Part shown: piece by piece, positions 1-9,170 of the stretch | How positions within the stretch are numbered: position 1 is the stretch's first letter | How the letters are laid out: every line of letters starts with the position of its first letter | Source of the DNA: Alkalimonas mucilaginosa | GTDB lineage: Bacteria; Pseudomonadota; Gammaproteobacteria; Enterobacterales; Alteromonadaceae | Length of the DNA stretch: 24,000 bases | Assembly (NCBI RefSeq): GCF_036327005.1 | Contig: NZ_JAUGZK010000004.1 | Location: forward strand, 324,170-348,169 | Direction: 5' to 3' | Position numbers and translations under genes: made by a program | The notes under the pieces: model-generated | What the model was told of the DNA's origin: nothing | Database searches by the model: none | The model's input: only the letters and a program-made list of their open reading frames with translations

Positions 1-447
1 TTGCACCGCCAGTTTGCATTGAATGAAATCGCTGTGGCGAATAAAGAGCAAGTCGGCAATTTTACGCAGCATGGCTTCTTCATGTGGGTCCAATTGGCCA
101 TCATGGTAGGCAATACGCCAGAGCTGCTCCAGTAACTCCAACCGCTCTGGGTAGCTCAGATCTTTCATTTTGGAAGTAAAGCGGTGCAGGCAAACCGAGT
201 CACTGCTGAGCTGCTTGGCCCGGCTGAACACCACTTCGGCATCTGAAGCAGCTAATTGATACTCATCAGTCAGGTAATTGAGCACCACATCGTGTTCGGC
301 GCTGGCATCCTGAAAGTCAGCTGCAGCCACTTCCAGCATCAGCACTACCGACATCAACTGCGCTTCGCTGACCAGCTTTAGTGCCGGGCAATCGGCGACC
401 GGCTCTGTACCACTACGCTCCAGTAATTGCTTAAATAATTGAAACAT
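1..447 (-). CDS. TerB-family (tellurite-resistance TerB-like) protein; C-terminus runs off the window
   Basis: Absent from the ORF track because it is open at the window edge. The reverse complement of 447..1 reads MFQLFKQLLERSGTEPVADCP...ELLEQLWRIAYHDGQLDPHEEAMLRKIADLLFIRHSDFIQCKLAVQ with no stop. An AGGAG lies 5 nt upstream of the ATG (rc of about 453-457). The helical pattern with DGxLDxxE resembles the TerB/DjlA-N domain. Confidence 0.6.
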   Translation of the reverse strand, partial: MFQLFKQLLERSGTEPVADCPALKLVSEAQLMSVVLMLEVAAADFQDASAEHDVVLNYLTDEYQLAASDAEVVFSRAKQLSSDSVCLHRFTSKMKDLSYPERLELLEQLWRIAYHDGQLDPHEEAMLRKIADLLFIRHSDFIQCKLAVQ

Positions 448-547
448 ACCTGCTCCTGTCTCCAGCTTTTGCCGTGATTGGCCGCTTGATTTTTTTACTC
501 TGCTACCCAATTGTACAGATCAGTTCATTTTTATCTGAGTGCTTTTT

Positions 548-1369
548 ATGCCAATGGTTCTGCTGGCGCTAATTACCTTGTTGCTACTAGGCTGGCTGCT
601 GGGGCAACCTTACTGGCGGCGCTGGCAGCGCCAGCGGTTATTGAAACAGCCTTTTCCACACAGCTGGCGGCAGATTTTAAAACGCCGGCTGCCTTATTTT
701 CGGGCTTTGCCAGCCGACTTGCAACTGAAGCTGAAAAAGCTGATCCAGTTGTTTATAGCAGAAAAAGACTTTGTTGGTTGTGCTGGCCTGGTGATGGATG
801 ATGAGATCCGGGTGACCATTGCCGCACAGGCTTGTTTGCTGCTGTTGGGCCGGCCGAATGATTTGTATCCTGGTTTGCGACAGATTCTGGTGTATCCGGC
901 GGCCTTTGTGGTGCCAAACAGGCAGCCGGATGCTGCCGGTGTGGTGCACCATGGGGCCGGGGTATTGCTGGGCGAGTCCTGGGGTCAGGGCCAGGTGATT
1001 TTATCCTGGCAGGACTCGCTAAAAGGTGCTGCCGATCCCTTTGATGGCCATAATGTGGTGATCCACGAGTTTGCCCATCAGCTCGATCAGCAAAAGGGCT
1101 ATGCCAATGGTGCTCCCGATTTGGGTGCCGGTCTGGATGTAAAGCGTTGGTCTGAGGTATTTCAGCGTGCTTTTGATCGCTTGCAACAGCAGTTAAGCCG
1201 TGGGCAGCCTGGTGTATTCGATCCCTATGCGGCTACCAATCCGGCCGAGTTTTTTGCTGTTGCAAGTGAGGTGTTTTTCGAGCAACCGCACAGCATGCAA
1301 CAACAAGAGCCAGAGCTCTATCAGCAGTTACAGCAGTTTTACCGGCTTAACCCTGCACTATGGCAGTAA
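548..1369 (+). CDS. mtfA: M90-family zinc metallopeptidase (MtfA-like) with N-terminal hydrophobic anchor
   Basis: HEFAH zinc motif in 'NVVIHEFAHQLD'. 'ILVYPAAFVVP', 'GESWGQGQVILSW' and 'DPYAATNPAEFFAVASEVFFEQP' line up with E. coli MtfA as I recall it. The ORF opens at GTG 539; ATG 548 or 554 are alternative starts, so the start is uncertain. Confidence 0.8.
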   Translation: MPMVLLALITLLLLGWLLGQPYWRRWQRQRLLKQPFPHSWRQILKRRLPYFRALPADLQLKLKKLIQLFIAEKDFVGCAGLVMDDEIRVTIAAQACLLLLGRPNDLYPGLRQILVYPAAFVVPNRQPDAAGVVHHGAGVLLGESWGQGQVILSWQDSLKGAADPFDGHNVVIHEFAHQLDQQKGYANGAPDLGAGLDVKRWSEVFQRAFDRLQQQLSRGQPGVFDPYAATNPAEFFAVASEVFFEQPHSMQQQEPELYQQLQQFYRLNPALWQ

Positions 1370-1384
1370 AGGAGGGAGCATTGC

Positions 1385-2086
1385 TCAGGCTTTATCCAGG
1401 CCCAGTGCCGATCGGATGCTGTTGGCAAAATCGGTAAAGCGCTGTTTTAAACTTCGTTTGATCGATACATCCAACGAGCCCAGTACCGAATAGCCTTCAA
1501 TCCGGATGCAGTGGGTTTTGCGGCTACCCGGTCCGCCTGAACCCACCGAGTTATCACTGGATGCGGCAATGTTATTCAGTTCACTGATCACCGCCACATG
1601 CTCCGGTACCTGAATGCTGACACTGCCCAGCCAGTTGGTCAGTTGCAAGGTCAGTTGTTGGTGCTCAAAAACGGCTTCGGAAAAATCCAGTTCCACCGAG
1701 GACAACGCATTAATAAGAGTAAGGTGTTGGGGCACCCGCCAGGGCCCGGAACGCTCATCACTGCTTAGAATAGAGACCAGGCGGTCTTTATCGGTTAGTT
1801 CGTCAGCGGTCTTTGCCCCAGCGGAGCCTGGTGCTGCCGTGGTTGCATCAAAGTTCTGTGACCACATGGCCCGGTATTTGGCATCCGGCTCTAAGGTCAA
1901 ATCTGCCACTTGCTCAATCAGTACATAGGGGTCGTCGGAGTTGGTAGCAATATCGAGCCGGCGTTCAAAGGCCTGCTCAGAAATCACACTGTGGCTGTAG
2001 TTCATGATCAGTTGATCGATAACAGCTTCGCGTACCTGGGCGATGGGCCTGTCTTCCAGTTTCACCCCTGTGATATCTATCGCCAT
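1385..2086 (-). CDS. Hypothetical soluble protein; N-terminal DUF1707/SHOCT-like helix plus LiaF-C/DUF2154 (toastrack)-like C-terminal domain
   Basis: 233-aa ORF. The N-terminal 'REAVIDQLIMNYSHSVISEQAFERRLDIA' pattern resembles DUF1707. The C-terminal 'INALSSVELDFSEAVF...LGSVSIQVPEHVAV' resembles the LiaF C-terminal beta-rich domain. No TM segment is visible. Confidence 0.5.
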   Translation of the reverse strand: MAIDITGVKLEDRPIAQVREAVIDQLIMNYSHSVISEQAFERRLDIATNSDDPYVLIEQVADLTLEPDAKYRAMWSQNFDATTAAPGSAGAKTADELTDKDRLVSILSSDERSGPWRVPQHLTLINALSSVELDFSEAVFEHQQLTLQLTNWLGSVSIQVPEHVAVISELNNIAASSDNSVGSGGPGSRKTHCIRIEGYSVLGSLDVSIKRSLKQRFTDFANSIRSALGLDKA

Positions 2087-2215
2087 GGGTATTCCTCTAT
2101 CTCCATACGCCAGCCAGTCTGGCTACTTTTTCATCATTTTGGCTCAGGATGGCGTTTGGCGAAAGGGGCAAATTGTAAGTATTTCTAACCGTTTGGAAGG
2201 TGTAGCTTTTCGCTG

Positions 2216-2743
2216 CTACTCGTTGTTTGCTGAAGCTAAGCAGTCACTTAGCCAAATCAGCGCTCCGGTATCCACCCCGATGTTAGCGGCTTTTTGCTGG
2301 TAACGCAGGCAGTCATCGGCAGAAGGGGTGGGGCTTCTGGCTAAAATCCAGGCGTAATTTAGATTATGACCGACCACCAATGCCATGCTGTAGTCGGGCT
2401 CCAGTTTGGCAATGTTGTAACTGGCAAAAAAGGGCCCGAAGAAAGACACCTTCAGCTTGCCGGTTGCGTTATCACCGGCAAAATACGCACGTCCCTCGGC
2501 CTCGCGCCATTCATCGCGGCTTTGGTGATAACCACGATTCAACACCCGGACTCCTCCATCGTTGCGCATGCTGTAATGGGCGGTAACTTCGCTAAGGCCC
2601 CGTTCGAAGCGGTGATCCAGTCGGGCTATTTCGTGCCACTCGCCTAAATACGACTCCAGCTCGAACGGTGAAACAGGTTGCACGCTATTGGGTGTGCCTG
2701 TGCAGCCTGTCAGTAGGATAACAGCAGCAAATAACAATCGCAT
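2216..2743 (-). CDS. blc: Outer-membrane lipoprotein Blc (bacterial lipocalin)
   Basis: Signal peptide with lipobox 'LLTGC'. 'YLGEWHEIARLDHRFERGL', 'KVSFFGPFFASYNI' and 'YAWILARSPT' closely parallel E. coli Blc. Confidence 0.9.
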   Translation of the reverse strand: MRLLFAAVILLTGCTGTPNSVQPVSPFELESYLGEWHEIARLDHRFERGLSEVTAHYSMRNDGGVRVLNRGYHQSRDEWREAEGRAYFAGDNATGKLKVSFFGPFFASYNIAKLEPDYSMALVVGHNLNYAWILARSPTPSADDCLRYQQKAANIGVDTGALIWLSDCLASANNE

Positions 2744-2833
2744 GGTAAGGACCTTCAGGGTTGTTGAATACTATGCATCCGAATACGAGCCAGCACCGTA
2801 ATCGGTTGCATCGAAAACAAGGATACCAACACC

Positions 2834-3094
2834 ATGCCACATTCGTTTAACCAAGAACAGCTATCGCGCATTATTGAGATGGCCTGGGAAGATCGAACGC
2901 CTTTTGAAGCGATAACCATGAATTTTGCGTTATCGGAAGCCGAACTTATCCGCTTGATGCGCTCTGAATTAAAACCAGCCAGTTTCCGCTGCTGGCGTAA
3001 ACGTGTGGCTGGCCGCATTACCAAGCATGGGAAACTACGCTCTAAAGCGGTGAATAGAGGCTATTGTCCCAGCCAATACAAACACCGAAGCTAG
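2834..3094 (+). CDS. DUF2805 / TIGR03643-family small protein
   Basis: 86-aa ORF. 'IIEMAWEDRTPFEAI...FALSEAELIRLMRSELKPASFRCWRKRV' matches my recollection of the TIGR03643 family. It is divergent from blc. Confidence 0.65.
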   Translation: MPHSFNQEQLSRIIEMAWEDRTPFEAITMNFALSEAELIRLMRSELKPASFRCWRKRVAGRITKHGKLRSKAVNRGYCPSQYKHRS

Positions 3095-3181
3095 ATCTGC
3101 ATCAAAGGAAAGCATCATAGTTCACTTGGCAGCATGGAGCAGGCCAGCTAGAGTAAGGATACTCTGGCTTAAGGCGCTGTT

Positions 3182-4753
3182 ATGAAATCAACTGCTGGTG
3201 ATAAAACGAAAAACACTCAACCGCTTACTTTGAAGCGGGTGGGGATTGATACGTACCATGAAAACGTGGCTTATCTGCATCGGGACTGCGAAATCTACCG
3301 CGCCGAGGGGTTCCAGGCTTTAGCCAAGGTGGAAGTGGAAGCCAAAGGCAAACGTATTCTGGCCAGTTTGAATGTGGTGGACGATGCCAATATCGTCAAT
3401 GGCCAGCAACTGGGCCTGTCGGAAGAAGCTTTTGCTATGCTTGGCGCACCCGATGGCGATGCCGTTCGGGTTGCACCGGCCGAGCCACCACACTCCATTC
3501 CGGCTTTGCATCGTAAAATTGCCGGCGAACGGTTAATCCGGGAGGATTTTACCAGCATTGTGCAGGACATTGCGGCGCACCGTTACTCCAAAATTGAACT
3601 GACAGCTTTTGTGGTAGCTTGCAATCAGGGTGAGCTGGACCGCGAAGAAGTGTTCTTTTTAAGCGATGCCATGAGTAAAGTGGGGCGTAAACTGGATTGG
3701 CAGGAGCATCCGGTGGTGGATAAACACTGCATTGGCGGCATCCCCGGCAACCGTACTTCGATGCTGCTGGTGCCGATTGTGGCAGCCCATGGCATGCTCT
3801 GCCCCAAGACATCATCACGCGCCATTACCTCGCCGGCTGGCACAGCCGATACCATGGAGCTGTTAGCTGCGGTGGAAATGCCCTTCGAGCAACTCACCGA
3901 GATTGTGCACCGGCACCGCGGCTGTCTGGCCTGGGGCGGTACCAGCGATTTATCACCGGCCGATGATGTGCTGATTTCGGTGGAGCGGCCCTTGTCGATT
4001 GACTCGCCGGGCCAGATGGTGGCCTCTATTTTATCGAAAAAAGTAGCTGCAGGCTCCAGTCACTTGCTGCTGGATATTCCGATTGGCCCAACGGCTAAGG
4101 TGCGTAGCATGCCGGAAGCCCAGCGACTGCGTAAACTCTTTGAGTTCGTGGCCAAGCGTATGGGCCTGACCATCGATGTGGTGATTACCGATGGCCGTCA
4201 GCCGATTGGCTATGGCATAGGCCCGGCACTGGAAGCCCGCGATGTGATGCGGGTGCTGCAAAATCACCCCAAAGCTCCCAATGATTTGCGGCAAAAATCC
4301 TTACGCCTTGCTGGCCGCATGCTGGAGTTTGACCCCGATGTGCGTGGTGGTGATGGTTTTGGCATTGCCCGCGATATTCTGGACTCGGGCCGGGCGCTGG
4401 AAAAGATGCAGGCGATTATTGCGGCTCAGGGGCAGCGTGATTTTGATCCGGACAATCCGCCCTTGTCACCACTGTCGTTTGAAATAGCTGCAGCAGAGTC
4501 CGGTACTGTGGTAGCGATAGATAACATACAACTGGCACGTATTGCCCGCTCGGCCGGGGCACCGCGCGCCAAAGGGTCCGGGGTCGACTTGCTGGCTAAG
4601 TTGGGAGAGCCGGTGGTGGCCGGTCAGCCGCTTTATCGCGTGTATGCTGCTTACCCAACCGAGCTGGCTTTTGCCCGCCAGGCCTGTGAGCGCAGCTCTG
4701 GTTACCGGATTGGCGATGCCAGTCAGCTGCTGTCCCTGCATGTGGAGTATTGA
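3182..4753 (+). CDS. Thymidine-phosphorylase-family protein, long form ('putative thymidine phosphorylase' / AMP-phosphorylase-like, with about 90-aa N-terminal extension)
   Basis: 523 aa. '[26 protein letters not shown]' parallels DeoA 'VDKHSTGGVGD..S..L.P.VAA'. '[11 protein letters not shown]' and the C-terminal alpha/beta domain are present. It is about 80 aa longer than canonical DeoA at the N-terminus. Confidence 0.85.
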   Translation: MKSTAGDKTKNTQPLTLKRVGIDTYHENVAYLHRDCEIYRAEGFQALAKVEVEAKGKRILASLNVVDDANIVNGQQLGLSEEAFAMLGAPDGDAVRVAPAEPPHSIPALHRKIAGERLIREDFTSIVQDIAAHRYSKIELTAFVVACNQGELDREEVFFLSDAMSKVGRKLDWQEHPVVDKHCIGGIPGNRTSMLLVPIVAAHGMLCPKTSSRAITSPAGTADTMELLAAVEMPFEQLTEIVHRHRGCLAWGGTSDLSPADDVLISVERPLSIDSPGQMVASILSKKVAAGSSHLLLDIPIGPTAKVRSMPEAQRLRKLFEFVAKRMGLTIDVVITDGRQPIGYGIGPALEARDVMRVLQNHPKAPNDLRQKSLRLAGRMLEFDPDVRGGDGFGIARDILDSGRALEKMQAIIAAQGQRDFDPDNPPLSPLSFEIAAAESGTVVAIDNIQLARIARSAGAPRAKGSGVDLLAKLGEPVVAGQPLYRVYAAYPTELAFARQACERSSGYRIGDASQLLSLHVEY

Positions 4754-4758
4754 ATCTG

Positions 4759-5649
4759 ATGACGATTTTGTTGTGTTCCCCTGATGAAAAAGCTGCCGCA
4801 GAGCGGCTGGCCAATGCCTGTAAGCTGCCGCTGCTTTGCTACCAGCAGCATCGTTTCCCGGATGATGAGCTAAAGCTGACCCTGCCGTTTGCCGATGGCG
4901 ATGCACCAACACAACTGGTGCTGTACCGCAGCCTGGACCGGCCAAACGATAAGTTGGTCGAACTGATTCTGCTGGCAAAGCACTTGCGAGGCTGCGGTGT
5001 AAAGCGTGTGCTGTTGGTCGTGCCATATCTGGCTTATATGCGGCAGGATATTGCGTTTTACCCCGGGGAAATTGTTAGCCAGAAAATCATTGGCAGTTTG
5101 TTGGCGGATTTATTTGATGCGGTGATCACTGTCGATCCCCATTTGCATCGCATCGAACATTTGCGTGAAGCCATCCCAAGAGGCGACGCCATTGCGCTGA
5201 GTGGCGCCCCCAGGCTGGCGGATTTAATCGCGGAAAAATGTCAGCAGCCTTTGCTGATTGGGCCGGATGCCGAGTCGCGGCAATGGGTCGAACTGGCCGC
5301 AGCCCGCATTGTCTGCGATTATGGGGTCTGTAGCAAGGTACGGCATGGCGATAAAGAGGTGGTCATAGCCTTGCCAGATGTGGCGGTTAGCGGGCGCCAG
5401 GTGGTGCTGATGGACGATGTTGCCAGTTCTGGGCGCACCATGGCCAGAGCCGCCGAGCAGTTGCTGGCAGCCGGTGCCGCTTCAGTCGATGTGGCGGTGA
5501 CCCACGCGCTTTTTGCCGGTGACGCCCTGGCGACTATCCAGCAGGCTGGTGTACGGCATATCTGGAGTACCGACTGCATTGCGCACGATAGCAATGCCAT
5601 CAGTATGGCACCCATATTAGCAGAGGCCTTAGCGCCCCTCTTGATTTGA
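4759..5649 (+). CDS. Ribose-phosphate pyrophosphokinase (PRPP synthetase)-family protein, divergent
   Basis: 'VVPYLAYMRQD' corresponds to the PRS 'PYfgYaRQD' block. 'VVLMDDVASSGRTM' is the PRPP/PRTase loop. The ORF opens at TTG 4750, which overlaps the upstream TGA (4751-4753); ATG 4759 is the more likely start. Confidence 0.8.
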   Translation: MTILLCSPDEKAAAERLANACKLPLLCYQQHRFPDDELKLTLPFADGDAPTQLVLYRSLDRPNDKLVELILLAKHLRGCGVKRVLLVVPYLAYMRQDIAFYPGEIVSQKIIGSLLADLFDAVITVDPHLHRIEHLREAIPRGDAIALSGAPRLADLIAEKCQQPLLIGPDAESRQWVELAAARIVCDYGVCSKVRHGDKEVVIALPDVAVSGRQVVLMDDVASSGRTMARAAEQLLAAGAASVDVAVTHALFAGDALATIQQAGVRHIWSTDCIAHDSNAISMAPILAEALAPLLI

Positions 5650-5800
5650 ATTAAAGTGCACTACGACACAACGATCACCCTGGATCAGCAATATTTTTCG
5701 ATAGCAAGGAAGCGTTTATTTCATTAGAGATGTTTTAACTAAGCATGTATTGTGCACGCTATTACAGGCACTTCGCCTTTAAGCTGTAATGAGGTGTGCA

Positions 5801-7450
5801 ATGCAAAAAAAACAATCGATGACGGTGGCCAAGCGGCTGGGTTTGGGTTTTGGCATCGTGCTGCTCCTGATGGTGGGCCTGACCCTGATTGGGGTAGAGC
5901 GGGTTCAGCGAATTAATCAAACATTGACTGAGATGACCGAGCTGAATTCAGTCAAACAACGCTACGCCATTAACTTTCGTGGCAGTGTGCACGATAGGGC
6001 TATTTCACTGCGCGATGTCACCTTGGTCGACAATGCGCGTGATATCCCAGCGTTACTGCGTGATATTGAACAACTGGAATCATTTTATCTTAACTCCCGT
6101 CGCCTGATGGATGATATCTTCCAGCAGCGCAATGGCGTTAGCGCAACCGAGCGGCAATTGTTGCAGGCAATCGATGTGGTGGAGGCGAGAGCTTTGCCGC
6201 TGGCAAATCAGGTCATTCAATTACGCCAGCAAGGCCAGCAAAGCGAGGCACAGCGGTTGTTGCTGGCACAAGTCGGCCCAGTCTTTGTCGATTGGTTGGC
6301 CAGCATCAATGCCTTTATTGATTATCAGGAAGCAAAAAATCAACAAGCCACCGATAATGCCCAGGGTATCGCCGGGGCTTTTGCTCTGACCATGGTATTG
6401 CTGACTGCGGTGGCAATTTTCATAGGTATTGCCATGGCCGTCTGGATCCTGCGTTACTTACGTCAGGCACTGGGAGGTGAGCCGGATGAAGCAGCCGAGC
6501 TGGTGAGCCAGATTGCAGCCGGTGATCTGACGACGCAGATCCGCGACAGCCTGCCAAACAGCATGCTGGCGGCTGTGGCGAATATGCAGCTGCAATTACG
6601 GCAGACCCTGAGCGAGGTAGTAGGGGCAGCAAACACAGTCAAGACCCAGGCCGATGAGCTGGATCAGGCCGCACTGGAAGCACTGGAAGCCACCGAGCGA
6701 CAGGCGCATTCATCCACCGCATCAGCTGCCAGCATTGAACAAATGACGGTGAGTCTGAAGCAGGTGGCCAGTGTGGTCGATTTGACAGAACAAAACTCAC
6801 AAAAAACTGCAGATTTGTCGGATCAGGGGGCGCGCCTGGTACAAGACGCTGCCACTGAGATTGCAGTCGTTGCCGAGACCGTTGAGCAGTCAGCGAGCAA
6901 AATTGGCGAGTTGCAGCAGCGCTCCAAGGAGATTGCCGGTATCGCCAATGTGATTAAAAGCATTGCGGAACAAACCAATTTGCTGGCACTGAACGCGGCC
7001 ATCGAAGCAGCCAGAGCCGGTGAGTCTGGCCGCGGTTTTGCGGTGGTTGCCGATGAAGTAAGGCAGTTGGCAGAGCGCACCAGCAAGGCGACCACTGAGA
7101 TTGCCGGTATGATACAGCTGGTGCAGGATGATACTCAGTTAGCGGTTGCCTCGATGGAAACGGCAGCGCCGAGGGTGGCGGAAGGATTATCCAGAGCCAA
7201 TGATGCTGCCAGTATGCTGCAACAAATTCGCAGCCAGGCGATGGACTCGCTGAACAATGTTCGCGATGTTGCCCGCTCAACCAATGAACAATCGACGGCT
7301 GTCACCGAGCTTGCCAAACACATTGAGCAAATTGCCAGTATGTCGCGGGATAATGCGGTGGTGATGCAGCAAAACCGTGGTGCTGTTGCTGCGCTGCAGC
7401 GGGTGGCCACAGGCTTAGGGCAGCAGGTGGCTCGCTTTAGAACTAACTAA
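5801..7450 (+). CDS. Methyl-accepting chemotaxis protein (4-helix-bundle periplasmic sensor, HAMP, MA signalling domain)
   Basis: Two TM segments flank an approximately 160-aa periplasmic domain. The invariant hairpin '[38 protein letters not shown]' is present. GAGG (5791-5794) sits 6 nt before ATG 5801; the ORF-track start at 5789 is an alternative. Confidence 0.92.
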   Translation: MQKKQSMTVAKRLGLGFGIVLLLMVGLTLIGVERVQRINQTLTEMTELNSVKQRYAINFRGSVHDRAISLRDVTLVDNARDIPALLRDIEQLESFYLNSRRLMDDIFQQRNGVSATERQLLQAIDVVEARALPLANQVIQLRQQGQQSEAQRLLLAQVGPVFVDWLASINAFIDYQEAKNQQATDNAQGIAGAFALTMVLLTAVAIFIGIAMAVWILRYLRQALGGEPDEAAELVSQIAAGDLTTQIRDSLPNSMLAAVANMQLQLRQTLSEVVGAANTVKTQADELDQAALEALEATERQAHSSTASAASIEQMTVSLKQVASVVDLTEQNSQKTADLSDQGARLVQDAATEIAVVAETVEQSASKIGELQQRSKEIAGIANVIKSIAEQTNLLALNAAIEAARAGESGRGFAVVADEVRQLAERTSKATTEIAGMIQLVQDDTQLAVASMETAAPRVAEGLSRANDAASMLQQIRSQAMDSLNNVRDVARSTNEQSTAVTELAKHIEQIASMSRDNAVVMQQNRGAVAALQRVATGLGQQVARFRTN

Positions 7451-7474
7451 TTGGCAATGCATACAAACATTTTC

Positions 7475-7494
7475 AGCCAGGCTTATGCCTGGCT
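7475..7494 (+). terminator. Hairpin between convergent MCP and GGDEF genes
   Basis: agccaggc-ttat-gcctggct is a perfect 8-bp stem, followed by atttgtt on the + strand. Confidence 0.5.
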
Positions 7495-7499
7495 ATTTG

Positions 7500-8708
7500 T
7501 TAGCTGGAGGCCAGCACCACACAGTTGCGGCCTTTTTTCTTGGCTTTATACAAAGCTTCATCGGCCCGCTTAAGCAATGGCTCCGGTTTTTCGCTACCCT
7601 GGCGGATAGCGCAGCCCAGGCTAATGGTAATTTGCACGGTTTTACTACCGCTATTGTTATTGGCCGAGCGTTGTTTTTTGCCGGTTTCGTGGTCTTTGGG
7701 CCGGCCGCCCTGGCGCACAACCAGCGGGTAATCGGCCACTTGCTGGCGTACCTGCTCCAGTTGTTCTTTCAGCTTGTTCGGATTGGCATGATGAAACACC
7801 AGGGTAAACTCTTCACCGCCATAACGATAGGCCGACATACCGCGCTGTTTGGCCAAAATGGCACCCAGCAGTCGCAACACCTGATCGCCCACATCGTGGC
7901 CATAGGTGTCGTTGAATTTTTTAAAGTGATCAACATCCAGCATGGTCACCGCACTTTTTTTACCAAGCCGGTTTAAATGCCCCATCAGTGCCCGGCGCTG
8001 TGGTAACTGAGTCAGCTCATCGATGTAAGCCAGTTGCAGCATTTGCAAGGCAAGGGTCAGCAGCAAACACAAACTGGCAGTTAAGGTTGCCCAGCCAGAC
8101 AGATGAGGCTGCGCCAGCCACAGATAAAACAGCGTAAGACTAAGCAGCACCGCCAGTTGCCCCAGCATAGGCTTGGGCCAGTTGCGGTAACTGAGCAATG
8201 CCAGCCAGATAGTAGCTACCAGCAAGAGTGTTGCTGCTTGTAGCCAGCTTAGCTGACTTGCACTCAACACCGGCTGCAGTAGCCAATGGTAATCGGGCAG
8301 GTTGGTCTGCCAGTTGGGTAAAGGCAGATAGAGTAAACTCACAGGCAGCAAGGCACAGCTTAGCAATAAAGCGATCCCGGCTTTGGTAAGGAGAGGGGGC
8401 CGGGGCAGCAGCACCAATAAGCCGAGCCAAAGTGCACTAACTACAGGAAGATAACTGTACAACAAGGCAACATCAGGCTCGCTGATCGGGCGTTGCAAGC
8501 CCTGTTGCACAGTAAAATAATGCCCGGCCAAAAAAGCCAGCCAATACAGCCAGTCGGTTTGGCGCATTAGAAGCGCCAGCGAAGCAACAAAGGCCAGCGC
8601 CAGCCAGGCAGTGAGCGGGAAGGGGAGGGCCGCGAACAAGGCATGCTCAGGCCAGCCTATCAGCATCACGGCTAACAGCAACACAGGAGACAAGATCAAC
8701 CAGCGCAC
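7500..8708 (-). CDS. Membrane-bound diguanylate cyclase (multi-TM N-terminal domain + GGDEF)
   Basis: 'MLDVDHFKKFNDTYGHDVGD', 'YRYGGEEF' and 'RADEALYKAKKKGRN' are present. About 230 aa of consecutive hydrophobic helices lie N-terminal. The ORF opens at TTG 8714, but GAGG-ttgtgt-GTG favours GTG at 8708. Confidence 0.85.
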   Translation of the reverse strand: MRWLILSPVLLLAVMLIGWPEHALFAALPFPLTAWLALAFVASLALLMRQTDWLYWLAFLAGHYFTVQQGLQRPISEPDVALLYSYLPVVSALWLGLLVLLPRPPLLTKAGIALLLSCALLPVSLLYLPLPNWQTNLPDYHWLLQPVLSASQLSWLQAATLLLVATIWLALLSYRNWPKPMLGQLAVLLSLTLFYLWLAQPHLSGWATLTASLCLLLTLALQMLQLAYIDELTQLPQRRALMGHLNRLGKKSAVTMLDVDHFKKFNDTYGHDVGDQVLRLLGAILAKQRGMSAYRYGGEEFTLVFHHANPNKLKEQLEQVRQQVADYPLVVRQGGRPKDHETGKKQRSANNNSGSKTVQITISLGCAIRQGSEKPEPLLKRADEALYKAKKKGRNCVVLASS

Positions 8709-8863
8709 ACACAACCTCGAGCTGTTGACAGCATATTTTTATTCTGTGCTCAGTGTAGCAGCCTGCTGCCCCGAATTGAAACACCGCATGCATCAGAGTG
8801 CATGTTGCATAATGTTCTGTAAAATAATGCAGTACCTGAATCAATTTGAGCCAGTGAGTTGCT

Positions 8864-9121
8864 ATGCCCAAAAGATACCGTGAATCCGCGCTGGACCCTT
8901 ACATTATTGCTGGGCTTTGTGCTGTGCTGTCGCTGATGCTTTTTTACCGGGCCGCGAAAGGTTTGATTACTGGCGTGGCTCCCGGTTTGCACCACGCTGC
9001 TCTCGCCGGGCCTGTCCATACGCTGCAGGATGATCCTTCTATTTTCTGGTTTTCCATTGTGCTGCACCTTGGCTTTGCTTTCTTCACGGCCAGATATGCT
9101 TGGCTAACGTTTAGGAAGTAG
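8864..9121 (+). CDS. Small hypothetical membrane protein (2 predicted TM helices)
   Basis: 85-aa ORF with hydrophobic stretches 'IIAGLCAVLSLMLFY' and 'IFWFSIVLHLGFAFF'. An imperfect hairpin follows at 9124-9156. SD is weak, and an overlapping antisense ORF (8750..9067) competes with it. Confidence 0.4.
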   Translation: MPKRYRESALDPYIIAGLCAVLSLMLFYRAAKGLITGVAPGLHHAALAGPVHTLQDDPSIFWFSIVLHLGFAFFTARYAWLTFRK

Positions 9122-9170
9122 TAAAGCAGCTGCCGGGCATAGCCCGACAACTGCTTGGTGTGCTCAATGA

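Noticed and set aside
4466-5026. 186-aa minus-strand ORF. The same applies to 11525-12118, 12248-12592, 12744-13241, 13060-13362 and 3295-3897 on the minus strand
   Set aside because: They are Ala/Arg/Gly-rich translations opposite well-supported genes in GC-rich DNA. They have no motifs and no independent start signals.
5652-5678. Possible sigma-28 (FliA) promoter upstream of the MCP gene: TAAAG...N...aCGATcAc
   Set aside because: The -10 element matches GCCGATAA at about 5/8 positions, the spacing is off by one, and it sits about 140 nt from the start codon. This is too weak to call.
7485-7976. 163-aa + strand ORF
   Set aside because: It is antisense to the GGDEF domain, whose motifs are unambiguous on the minus strand, so it is a shadow ORF.
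8750-9067. 105-aa minus-strand ORF overlapping the 85-aa + strand ORF
   Set aside because: It has no hydrophobic or domain pattern, is rich in Arg/His/Ser, and has no SD. The + strand ORF, with 2 TM helices and a downstream hairpin, is the better but still weak candidate.
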